A stretch of 27,347 nt of DNA from Candidatus Thorarchaeota archaeon (GTDB lineage: Archaea > Asgardarchaeota > Thorarchaeia > Thorarchaeales > Thorarchaeaceae), in NCBI GenBank assembly GCA_020348985.1, contig CP070761.1, positions 2,129,770 through 2,157,116 of the forward strand, read 5' to 3'. A program made the translations under genes and the position numbers. Under the pieces are notes generated by a model. That model worked only from the letters and a program-made list of their open reading frames with translations, had not been told where the DNA came from and did not search any database. Of the stretch, positions 17,989 to 26,655 are shown piece by piece. How positions within the stretch are numbered: position 1 is the first letter of the stretch; each line of letters opens with the position of its first letter.

Positions 17989-18166
17989 TTGCTACTCCAT
18001 ATGACACACTCACGGCACTTTTCTTGGATCCTGTTCCCGTTAGTTGTCAAGATGTACAATCTGAAACTGAACGTGTGAGTAGAAGTATCTCAGATGGTGT
18101 CTCAAAGAAAGAATGCTGTAGACTCGATAGGGGACTTCTTATCAAACCGAATAGGAGTTTGAGCCA

Positions 18167-19510
18167 TTGATATCACGAACAACAAGAATACTACTTGACC
18201 TAGAAGATGTTCCAAAGCACTTTGTCAATGTACTTCCTCATCTGGAAGAGCCGCTGGCTCCCCCGCTCGACCCGTCTACCGGCGAACCTATTGGGCCCGA
18301 AGCGTTGACAGCAATCTTTCCAGTTGAGTGCGTAAAGCAAGAAGTAGCACAGGAACCTAGAATACCAATACCGGATGAAGTACGGGAAGCGTACATGCAA
18401 TTCGGGCGACCAACGCCTTTGCAGCGCGCAGTCAGACTTGAAGCTGCACTGAAGACGCCTGCACGCATATACTACAAGCGTGAGGATCTTTCACCTACTG
18501 GGAGTCACAAGCTGAACACTGCACTAGTCCAAACATTCTACGCACGTAATGAAGGCGTCAAGAGATATGCCACTGAGACCGGTGCTGGACAGTGGGGTAG
18601 CGCCGTGGCTTTGGCCTGTTCCTACTTTGGTCTACAGGCGATGATCTACATGGTCAGAATCAGCTATGAGCAGAAGGCGGCAAGAGCCGTCCTGATGCGA
18701 GCCTATGGTGCAGAAATAGTACCCAGCCCCTCTGATCGGACTGAGTTTGGTCGCAAGCTGAACAAGGAGCACCCCGGTCATCCAGGAAGTCTTGGTATCG
18801 CGATTAGTGAGGCATTGGAAGATGCCGTCAACACACCAGACACCAAGTACACTCTTGGGTCCGTCCTAAATCATGTGCTCCTACACCAGACCGTCATTGG
18901 ACAAGAGACCATGGCACAGCTTGCTCAAGTAGAGGAGACCCCGGACGCTGTTATCGGTTGTATAGGAGGGGGAAGCAACTTTGCAGGAATCGCCTACCCC
19001 TTCCTTGCTGACAAGAAGTTCAAAGATATTGAGCTTCTCGGTGTCGAACCAATCGCATGTCCATCTATGACGCGAGGTGAGTTTAGGTACGATTTCGGCG
19101 ACACTGCGGGCATGACACCAAAGATTAAGATGTACACACTTGGAAAGGATTTCACTCCACCCAAGATTCACGCTGGAGGATTGAGATACCACGGTGTTGC
19201 GCCCAGCATTAGTGCGCTAATTGCGTCGGGAAGAGTACGGCCCATTGCGTACGATCAAGTGAGCGTTCTCGAATCTGCACTCTTCTTCGCAAAACATGAA
19301 GGCATTATTCCAGCTCCTGAGACTGCACATGCTGTGAAAGCTGCGATTGACCTCGCCAGGAATGCAAAGGAGACCAGTGAGGAGAAAGTCATTGTATTCA
19401 ATCTCTCAGGTCATGGACATTTTGACATGGCAGCATACCAGGCTCTGATGGCGGGACAGCTAGAATCCGACGTGCCCATAGACCTTCCTACTCCAAGCGT
19501 TGCTGCTTGA
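18167..19510 (+). CDS. trpB2: TrpB-like PLP enzyme (tryptophan synthase beta, type 2)
   Basis: SPTGSHKLNTA, TETGAGQWGSA, HPGSLGIAISEA, GSVLNHV, GGGSNFAG, IHAGGLRYHG, PAPETAHA, FNLSGHG. TTG start with AGGAG at 18153-18157. Confidence 0.95.
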   Translation: MISRTTRILLDLEDVPKHFVNVLPHLEEPLAPPLDPSTGEPIGPEALTAIFPVECVKQEVAQEPRIPIPDEVREAYMQFGRPTPLQRAVRLEAALKTPARIYYKREDLSPTGSHKLNTALVQTFYARNEGVKRYATETGAGQWGSAVALACSYFGLQAMIYMVRISYEQKAARAVLMRAYGAEIVPSPSDRTEFGRKLNKEHPGHPGSLGIAISEALEDAVNTPDTKYTLGSVLNHVLLHQTVIGQETMAQLAQVEETPDAVIGCIGGGSNFAGIAYPFLADKKFKDIELLGVEPIACPSMTRGEFRYDFGDTAGMTPKIKMYTLGKDFTPPKIHAGGLRYHGVAPSISALIASGRVRPIAYDQVSVLESALFFAKHEGIIPAPETAHAVKAAIDLARNAKETSEEKVIVFNLSGHGHFDMAAYQALMAGQLESDVPIDLPTPSVAA

Positions 19511-19521
19511 TTTCTCTCTGT

Positions 19522-19560
19522 GGCCAAGGGGATAGCGCCTTTGGCCCTCCCTTTTTCTTC
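19522..19560 (+). terminator. Hairpin plus pyrimidine tract after trpB2
   Basis: GGCCAAGGG (19522-30) pairs with CCTTTGGCC (19538-46), followed by CTCCCTTTTTCTTC. Confidence 0.6.
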
Positions 19561-19600
19561 CGGTTTAGACTTCGTTGCGATAGATGACTCAAGGACAGAT

Positions 19601-19948
19601 TCAGAACCATTCAACGTATTCTGGCGAATTAAGGACTCTATAATCAGATGGAAGATGTATGTGATTCCCAGGACCAATATCTTCATCGCCTGACTCGTAC
19701 ACGAATCCGCAAGTACCAGAAACAATGTGTTCATTGATTCCCTTCATCCAGTAATTTGGGACGACAGAGGCGCCTCCGAGAGAATCATACCACTGTATCT
19801 GATACGTTGGCAAACCTGGATTTGCCAGGCTCATGATAGCACCAATTGCAGTGATTATGCCAAGCGTCAGTATTACCAGTATCCACGATATGGCACAATG
19901 TAATCTGATTCTGGCAGACTTCGCCTCTTGAGATTCGCCAAGTTCCAA
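19601..19948 (-). CDS. Small hypothetical single-TM protein
   Basis: A 115-aa ORF filling the gap between genes, with one hydrophobic helix (WILVILTLGIITAIGAIMSLA). No recognised family. Confidence 0.45.
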   Translation of the reverse strand: MELGESQEAKSARIRLHCAISWILVILTLGIITAIGAIMSLANPGLPTYQIQWYDSLGGASVVPNYWMKGINEHIVSGTCGFVYESGDEDIGPGNHIHLPSDYRVLNSPEYVEWF

Positions 19949-20076
19949 TCCTTGAAAGATAACGGCTATAGTCGCTACTTCTCAAAGTCACAGAATTGGA
20001 GACTCGCCATTTCCCAAACGATAGCTGATTTATATGTAGAGAATCACTGTAACCGTAGATTCTATTCATCAGGAGT

Positions 20077-20970
20077 GTGTACTTTCTGGAATTCGAAAGT
20101 GATGACGAACCTGTTGAGGTTGAAGACAGGCCAATTGAATCGGAGGAAGAAGAAATGCCGGCTCCTGCTGCACCACCCCCGCGAGCGAGGAGGCGCAGCA
20201 GTGTGGTGAAGAGAAGCCAGGCTACACTTGGTGGATTCATTCTTTGGGCGGCATTTGTGGTTGTATGGCTCTTCTTCTTCGCGGTTGGCTACGGCATCTT
20301 TGAGAACATAGCAGTCGCTCTTTCTTCATTCATCATTATTGCTGGCTTCATAGCTGTCATGTGGACTGGTGGTGCAATGGGACCATCGGGCATGGAGAAT
20401 CGAGCAAGGATCTCAATCCTTAGCACGGTCTTTCTGATTGCCTTCGTGATTCTATGGCTACCATTCTACGCCGAATCATTCAATGTCAACAAGAATGCTG
20501 CAGTGATGCTGACCTCACTCTTGGTTTTCATTGGAGTAAACGGGGCGGCTTGGATTGGGATTGCTCCAGAAGAGGCCCGGAAAGAAATGGGCAAGCGGCC
20601 ATTTGCTGGAGGAGTGGTCTTTGTCCTGTGGCTTATCTTCGCCGACTACTGGTTCTGGTTCCAAGCGGACATCTACTTATGGGAGTATAACATAGCAATT
20701 CTTCTACTTTCGGTAATTGTCCTAGGCGCGCTAGAAGTAGGCGTATTCTACTCGGTCACCAAGAGGACTGGAGGAGAGATTAAAGGCGTCGGACTTCTGT
20801 TCGGTTGGCTGATAGTTCTCTTCGTTTGGTTCTACTTCTTCGCTGTACCATTCAATGTCTATCAGAACTTCGCCATTGTCTTCGTGACCTTCATGATCTT
20901 CGCGGCAATCGCGGCGCTCTGGGGCGGAAGACAGTGGAGAGAGATTGAATCCCTTGATTGGGATGATTGA
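20077..20970 (+). CDS. Hypothetical 8-TM membrane protein made of four helical-hairpin repeats, with an acidic/Pro-rich N-terminal tail
   Basis: Four copies of W-x-x-F-x-A-x7-N-x-A. The start codon is uncertain. Confidence 0.8.
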   Translation: MYFLEFESDDEPVEVEDRPIESEEEEMPAPAAPPPRARRRSSVVKRSQATLGGFILWAAFVVVWLFFFAVGYGIFENIAVALSSFIIIAGFIAVMWTGGAMGPSGMENRARISILSTVFLIAFVILWLPFYAESFNVNKNAAVMLTSLLVFIGVNGAAWIGIAPEEARKEMGKRPFAGGVVFVLWLIFADYWFWFQADIYLWEYNIAILLLSVIVLGALEVGVFYSVTKRTGGEIKGVGLLFGWLIVLFVWFYFFAVPFNVYQNFAIVFVTFMIFAAIAALWGGRQWREIESLDWDD

Positions 20971-21048
20971 GCGGATTTGTATTAACCGCGCTAGCACGAT
21001 GTCCTACTGACTCGTGCGACTTCGTGCTGCGCTGCTTTTCTTTTTGAG

Positions 21049-22485
21049 TCAAGCTTCGCGAACGCGACGTGTTTCATAGTACTCGCAGGCCTTCGCCAGC
21101 GCACCGACAGCCTCAGATACATTCCTGAAGACCGGAAGTCCTGCTTCAACGAATTTCTTCCACGCCCTCATCCTTGCTTCTGGATACGCAACCTCTGGAA
21201 TGGCAATAAGGACTGGCTTCTTCTCCGAATCCATCACTTCTCGACCTGCTTTGGCCATTATCCCCCAAAGATACTCGACTTCTTCAGCTGCGTCCATGAT
21301 CGATGCAGCCTGGTGAATGTTGTGGACATCCGCTTGCAGAATCAGAGAATCGAATGCCGGGTCGCTGCCTGCAGTAGCGATTACGTCTGTCATGACGCTC
21401 TCTTGATAGTAATCAATAGCAAGGTCGATTGGGTTTCCTACTGCATTTCCAACGCTGTGCATGATTGATCGCAAATGGGTCACAGTCTCAGGAGATGAGT
21501 TTGGCACCTCCAGACCTGACTCGACGCATAGGTCTGTGTAGACAACACTGGTGCCGCCGCTTATCGCGATGATGCCCACACGCCTTGATTGAGGTGGAGG
21601 ACACTTCGAAAGAATGCCCAATGTGGCAACAAGCGCTTCCAAGGTGTCTACCATGACAACATTGGCCTGCTGAAATGCAGCATCCCAGACCTCGTTGCTT
21701 CCCGCTAGCGCTCCAGTATGTGACGATACAGCCCTCGAACCTTCTTGCGATCGTCCTCCCTTTACCACGACAACGGGCTTCTTCTCAGCAACTTCTCTCA
21801 TTGCTCTCAAGAGTTCTCGGCCATCCTTAGTCCCTTCGATGTATATGCCAACAGCTTCTGTCTCCTCATCTGTAGTGAAGTAATCCAGAAGCTCTGTAGG
21901 CGTTATGTCAATAGCATTTCCAAAACTGAAAACCTTGCTAAAACCAACTCCCGATTCGACACAGGCCGTGTAGACGGTGATTGCGACTCCTCCTGATTGT
22001 GAGATGAATCCCACATTTCCTATTAGTTGCTTGACCGCTGGCATGAAGGCCATTCCGATTTTCGGGTACATTAGACCCATGCAGTTTGGACCAAACACGC
22101 GTGTAGGCACACTGTGGACCAATTCGCCCAGTTCTGTCTCTCTTTCCTTTCCTTCGTTAGACCCGAGCTCGGAGAATCCGCTGGTAAACACGGTCGCTCC
22201 CTTGGCTCCCTTCTCTGCACACTGCCTCAAAACCTCGGGAACGAAGCGGTAGGGAACAGCAACAATAGCATAATCAAAATCCTCAGGAATCTCTGACGCA
22301 GACGTGTAAATCTGCCTTCCAAATGCCTCCCCCCCACTCTTCGAGACCAGCCAGATCTTCAAATCGTGAGGCCACTGAACCATTGAATGAGTCCAGTAGT
22401 AACCCATTCTAGGTGAGACTCCAATGATAGCGACGGACTTGATGTCCAGCATCTCTGAAATGGGCAGCCTAGCCGATGAATTCAT
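21049..22485 (-). CDS. CoA-binding protein, ADP-forming acyl-CoA synthetase alpha-subunit family
   Basis: VAIIGVS, FTSGFSE, GPNCMG, ISQSGG, SFGN, YIEG, phospho-His motif SHTGALAG, NPIDL. Confidence 0.88.
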   Translation of the reverse strand: MNSSARLPISEMLDIKSVAIIGVSPRMGYYWTHSMVQWPHDLKIWLVSKSGGEAFGRQIYTSASEIPEDFDYAIVAVPYRFVPEVLRQCAEKGAKGATVFTSGFSELGSNEGKERETELGELVHSVPTRVFGPNCMGLMYPKIGMAFMPAVKQLIGNVGFISQSGGVAITVYTACVESGVGFSKVFSFGNAIDITPTELLDYFTTDEETEAVGIYIEGTKDGRELLRAMREVAEKKPVVVVKGGRSQEGSRAVSSHTGALAGSNEVWDAAFQQANVVMVDTLEALVATLGILSKCPPPQSRRVGIIAISGGTSVVYTDLCVESGLEVPNSSPETVTHLRSIMHSVGNAVGNPIDLAIDYYQESVMTDVIATAGSDPAFDSLILQADVHNIHQAASIMDAAEEVEYLWGIMAKAGREVMDSEKKPVLIAIPEVAYPEARMRAWKKFVEAGLPVFRNVSEAVGALAKACEYYETRRVREA

Positions 22486-22598
22486 TGAGAGCTCTCCGAG
22501 AGTGGACGAGGGAGAAAGCAGCCTTGTTTTAAGAGTACCGTAGTTGACCCCTAGCTATGATGCTCCTTATTAGATGGTGAAAGGAGCAATCATGCAGG

Positions 22599-23741
22599 AT
22601 GGCAGAACCACGTACGCTCATAGGCGTCATTTCAAGATTCAGGCTATACCTAGTTCTGTCCCTCGTGATTTCATTCGTTATGGTGCCAGTTGCTGATGGA
22701 CTGGTTCTGCAGCGAGACAGAAATCGGAATATGGTCTATGGGGAGCTCTTCTGGCAAGAAGGATTCTATGTATACGATCTCAGCGACAGTGATCTCCAGA
22801 ATGACTATGGAGTACCATCCGACCATCTGTTGACGGGCGTGCTAAATGTAACTTATGAATATCCCATGTTTACACTCCTGTTCTATGCGTTCATGGCGTT
22901 GATCGAACCTGGTCAATACGGTAACCACTGGCTTGCCAACTGGGTGCTGGTCCTGCTCGCTCATGTGAATCTGATTCTGTTCCTCTATCTTGGACAGAAC
23001 CACTGGGACAAGAAATGGTTCAGACAATTGTTCTTCGTCTACTACGCATTCTCGATGGTCTTCTCAGTCGGCTTTGCCAAGACCGAGCCCATGGCCGATC
23101 TTCTATGGATGTCCTCTCTTATCCTCTTCCAGAACCGAAGATTCATTTCCGCGAACGCTCTCCTCGGATTCGCAGTCCAGACAAAGCTCTATCCAGCTCT
23201 GGCGTTCCCGTTTTTCATGGCAGCGTCACCTATTGGTGCATTGGCGTTTCTTGCAACTTTGGCAATTACATCGTTGCCCTTGGTGCTGACTGGTGTAGGC
23301 TATAGCACACTTCTTGCTCACCTTCAGAACAGTGCTGCATACTCAGAACTAGTGACTAATCCTTTCTTCATTGGGTTGTTTTTCTCGAATCCGGCCTCGA
23401 TAATTGCACCCGCTGTACTATTCATCTCACTGACCTACATGCTTCTTCAAACAAAGACAACCAGGGGTTTTCCAATACCTCTCCTACAGCTGAAATCCAA
23501 AGACTGGAGGCGAACACTGGTTTTTGCTTCGCCGCTCATTTTGGTGGCTTTCTCTTGGGTTCTGATTTGGTACTACTCATGGTTCCTTGTACCTTTCTAC
23601 TTGCTAAACAAGGAAGAAGATCGGTCGGACTTCCGATGGATGATAGCCGCTATCTGGATTGCTCACTTTTCCGGTATTCTCCTCAATCTAGAATACTTTG
23701 TCAATGGACCAATTGCGGAGTTCTTCGGGCACTTGAAGTGA
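22599..23741 (+). CDS. GT-C type membrane glycosyltransferase (GT87/DUF2029-like)
   Basis: YEYP motif in the first loop, acidic residue in KTEP, LGFAVQTKLYP motif, WYY near the C-terminus, about 9-10 TM segments. Confidence 0.62.
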   Translation: MAEPRTLIGVISRFRLYLVLSLVISFVMVPVADGLVLQRDRNRNMVYGELFWQEGFYVYDLSDSDLQNDYGVPSDHLLTGVLNVTYEYPMFTLLFYAFMALIEPGQYGNHWLANWVLVLLAHVNLILFLYLGQNHWDKKWFRQLFFVYYAFSMVFSVGFAKTEPMADLLWMSSLILFQNRRFISANALLGFAVQTKLYPALAFPFFMAASPIGALAFLATLAITSLPLVLTGVGYSTLLAHLQNSAAYSELVTNPFFIGLFFSNPASIIAPAVLFISLTYMLLQTKTTRGFPIPLLQLKSKDWRRTLVFASPLILVAFSWVLIWYYSWFLVPFYLLNKEEDRSDFRWMIAAIWIAHFSGILLNLEYFVNGPIAEFFGHLK

Positions 23742-23934
23742 CCAAACAAGTGGGACGTCATGCCGTAGCATAACCTTTTTCCGACGGAGTTGACTCTCTC
23801 CAGCAGAGGCGACCGGCGCGAGCGAAAGACCTTAATGACGAGAGAACTTCCCCAACTCCTTCATAGAGGATAGAGCGAGCCAGTTCACTATCGGCACTCT
23901 GCTCATGACATATTGGAACGGAGAAAGAAAAGTA

Positions 23935-25749
23935 ATGCGAGTATATCTGGATGCGAACTTCTGGATCAGTGGCTTTTCAGAGCGACCAAAAGATGTACAG
24001 CTCATCAAAGAAGCAGCAGACCAGATTGGCAAAGAACTCTGGGTAACCCGTCAGGTGTTTCACGAGCTGCGGTGGTACCTCCGACGCGAGGTCGAGGGCA
24101 TCATCCAGATCGATGAGACCCTTATGAAGGACATCAAGGCTTTCATGGAGAGTATCAAGAAACCCGAGAGTGCTCTGCCTCAAGCCAACGATATGTCATT
24201 GATTCTGGCAGCCATTCGTGCAAAACGGTCTAAGATTGTGACCAGCGATCTAAAGCTCCTAAATACCATTGAAGACCTACAGTTGGAGATTGAAGGCGTC
24301 GTAGGATCTGCCTTCGCTCTTGAGCTGATAGAATCTGTTGATGACGAGGAGCTCAAGAAGAAACTAGTCGCAGTCAGAGAAAGGATGTATTCTGAAGAGG
24401 TACGCTATAGCATTTCCAGAAGAGAATCCTATGACCCTGTGACAAGGATTCGAATAATTGAAGAACACGCAATGCAGGTACTTCGTTCTGTAAAGAGACC
24501 CGCTGAGACTCTTGACAAAAAGCTCGCTCGTGGACAACCACTGTTTGTCCTTGATTTCTTGGAAGACATCAAGGCTGGACTTCCGACAATGCTCGAAGAC
24601 TTCAAGGATGGCAAGTATGAAACTCTGGCGATGGAAATCGAGGCTGTTCAGAATGAGATTGAACGACTCCTAGTTGTATCAACGCTCACGGAAGACAGCG
24701 ACACCCACGAGAAGCTAGTCACTCATGCTTCCGACCTAGAGCTATTCCTCTACTACCTGGAGATGCTGTGCCATCTGTACCGTGGTACGAGAGAGGGTAT
24801 TGAAGATGCCATGGACCTGAGTGAGGAAGCCATAAGGTTACTGATGTTCTCAGGTGTCACAAACGACGAGCTCAAGGCGTCAGTCTTCTTCGTGAGATAC
24901 ATTCTGGCTCTTGTTCGTGAAGATTTTGAAGAGATTGATTATACCTACAGCTTGTATGATGGTATGCTGACCCGGTCGGGACTGGACTCCATGAAACAGA
25001 CTTCAGAGGGCCTCTATGTCACAATGCAGATTCTCAGGGAAGTCCTAGGAGGATTCTCTCTTTCCAAGGACAAGTTGCAGTACCCCGCAGTAACCATCTC
25101 GATGTTGAATGATGTTGCAAAGTATATGATCCTGTTTGATGACATCAATAATGCTTGGCAACTGGCAGTAACTGCATACAAGATAGGCGTTGCCTACGGC
25201 AGTGAACAAGGGGCGCTGTCTTCATTCCTGATGCTTTACAAAGTATCCTCTTCGTCGCAGGATCGCTTCAAAGACCGTTTGGAGAAGATAGCAGAGAATG
25301 CACTCAAGTTCTTTGTGAAGAATGATTGGGATACTACAGCTGTGACTCCGATTCTTCACGAGATACAGGGAAACATACCTCCTGTTGAAGACATCCCGGT
25401 GGACCAATCTCTGGAAGCTTCTGATCTGCCAGAGCCAATAACTGGGTGGATGGACGTTCTTACCCTCCAAAGCATCGAGGACAAGGATACTCTTGTCGTT
25501 AGGAATGACAAGCTTCAAGTCCGTGTGGGTATAGACGTAAGTGGGCACTCCGAGCTGAAGACTCTCAAGACAGGGCACAAGATTGCCTTAACTAGAGGGG
25601 AATTCACTCTTGAACACGCATCCCCGGATGTTGTCTCAAACTTCGCTGTCGCACTTCTCGTGAAACCCAGCGAAGGAGCAGAGATATCATACGAGGGCGA
25701 GTATGGGTTCTCGTGCCACCAAGTGGCAGAACCCGAAGCAGAAGTATAG
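23935..25749 (+). CDS. PIN-domain protein with a long alpha-helical middle region and a beta-rich C-terminal domain
   Basis: VYLDANF, VFHEL, NDMSLI, IVTSD match the PIN acidic tetrad pattern. I chose ATG 23935 as the start; the ORF is open to ATG 23905. Confidence 0.78.
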   Translation: MRVYLDANFWISGFSERPKDVQLIKEAADQIGKELWVTRQVFHELRWYLRREVEGIIQIDETLMKDIKAFMESIKKPESALPQANDMSLILAAIRAKRSKIVTSDLKLLNTIEDLQLEIEGVVGSAFALELIESVDDEELKKKLVAVRERMYSEEVRYSISRRESYDPVTRIRIIEEHAMQVLRSVKRPAETLDKKLARGQPLFVLDFLEDIKAGLPTMLEDFKDGKYETLAMEIEAVQNEIERLLVVSTLTEDSDTHEKLVTHASDLELFLYYLEMLCHLYRGTREGIEDAMDLSEEAIRLLMFSGVTNDELKASVFFVRYILALVREDFEEIDYTYSLYDGMLTRSGLDSMKQTSEGLYVTMQILREVLGGFSLSKDKLQYPAVTISMLNDVAKYMILFDDINNAWQLAVTAYKIGVAYGSEQGALSSFLMLYKVSSSSQDRFKDRLEKIAENALKFFVKNDWDTTAVTPILHEIQGNIPPVEDIPVDQSLEASDLPEPITGWMDVLTLQSIEDKDTLVVRNDKLQVRVGIDVSGHSELKTLKTGHKIALTRGEFTLEHASPDVVSNFAVALLVKPSEGAEISYEGEYGFSCHQVAEPEAEV

Positions 25750-25775
25750 AAGATACAAACTGGAAGTGAAGATAA

Positions 25776-26192
25776 GTGGATCCAACCATATGGGCGATTA
25801 TTGGCCTAAGCATTGGAGCTCTTGCATTCCTCAATTACCTCCTTAATCACGCTCCAGGGTCTGACCCTGAAGACTTCCAATTGGGTCCCGCGGAACTTGG
25901 TGTCTCCTGCGACTGCTTTCTAATTCCCATGGTTCTAGGCGGCATCGCAGTCCTAGGTCTTTCTATATCATCAGGAGCATTCGACTCGAGAGAAGAGCTC
26001 TACATTGTCGGGATAGTAGCGTTCTCAATAATCACATTGGCTGGCTATATAGGCAGAAGACGGAGGTATCGGGAGTGGCGCGAGTTACGTAGAATTTTCG
26101 AGCGAGCAGTACCGACCTCAACAATCCATCGTCCTGTGGACAATCCAGTTGACATACAATACGAGTTTGATGATGAGGAAGAGGACTACTAG
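25776..26192 (+). CDS. Small 3-TM hypothetical membrane protein with basic juxtamembrane stretch and acidic tail
   Basis: Three hydrophobic segments, RRRRYR, FDDEEEDY tail. It lies 26 nt after the PIN gene on the same strand. Confidence 0.7.
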   Translation: MDPTIWAIIGLSIGALAFLNYLLNHAPGSDPEDFQLGPAELGVSCDCFLIPMVLGGIAVLGLSISSGAFDSREELYIVGIVAFSIITLAGYIGRRRRYREWRELRRIFERAVPTSTIHRPVDNPVDIQYEFDDEEEDY

Positions 26193-26551
26193 TCAGGATG
26201 CTCCACCTTGTCGTCATCGATATTGGGGAACTTGATAGCAATCACTCTTACATCATGTTCCTCAGGTGCCTCGAACCAGTGAGGTTCACCGGGTTCGACG
26301 AGGACAACATCACCCTCTTCCAATTGCAGCACCTCGCTCCCAACACCCATGACAGTGGTGTCAATCGCAACGAAGACTTCCTCGAGGATTTCATGTGAGT
26401 GCGGGCTTGTTATCATGCCTCCAGGGATTTTGACGTGTATGAACATTCCATTCTCGGTGCTTTCTCTGAATGCCACTTCTGCTACGTATCTCACTCCATA
26501 TCCTAGTCTTCCTCTGAGCTCAACATCAGAAGCCTTGTAGTGTCTGACCAT
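26189..26551 (-). CDS. Cupin domain protein
   Basis: PHSHEILEEVF (H-x-H-x3-E) and GDVVLVEPGEPHWF cupin motifs. Confidence 0.88.
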   Translation of the reverse strand: MVRHYKASDVELRGRLGYGVRYVAEVAFRESTENGMFIHVKIPGGMITSPHSHEILEEVFVAIDTTVMGVGSEVLQLEEGDVVLVEPGEPHWFEAPEEHDVRVIAIKFPNIDDDKVEHPD

Positions 26552-26655
26552 TGTGAATCACTTCTTCGTTTGCGAAGACCCTCAATAAGATTGCCGAAAT
26601 CGATTCTGAGAGAGAACGGTACATGACCGATAATGTATAATCCGTATGCTGTAAC

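Noticed and set aside
19565-19603. Possible selenocysteine readthrough of the small minus-strand ORF (EWF-TGA-ICP-TGA-VIYRNEV-TAA)
   Set aside because: No SECIS-like element or selenoprotein homology was recognised. Two nearby TGA codons are expected by chance.
311-26540. Numerous 60-150 aa ORFs overlapping the main genes on opposite strands or frames
   Set aside because: They are shadow ORFs of well-supported genes and have no recognisable motifs.
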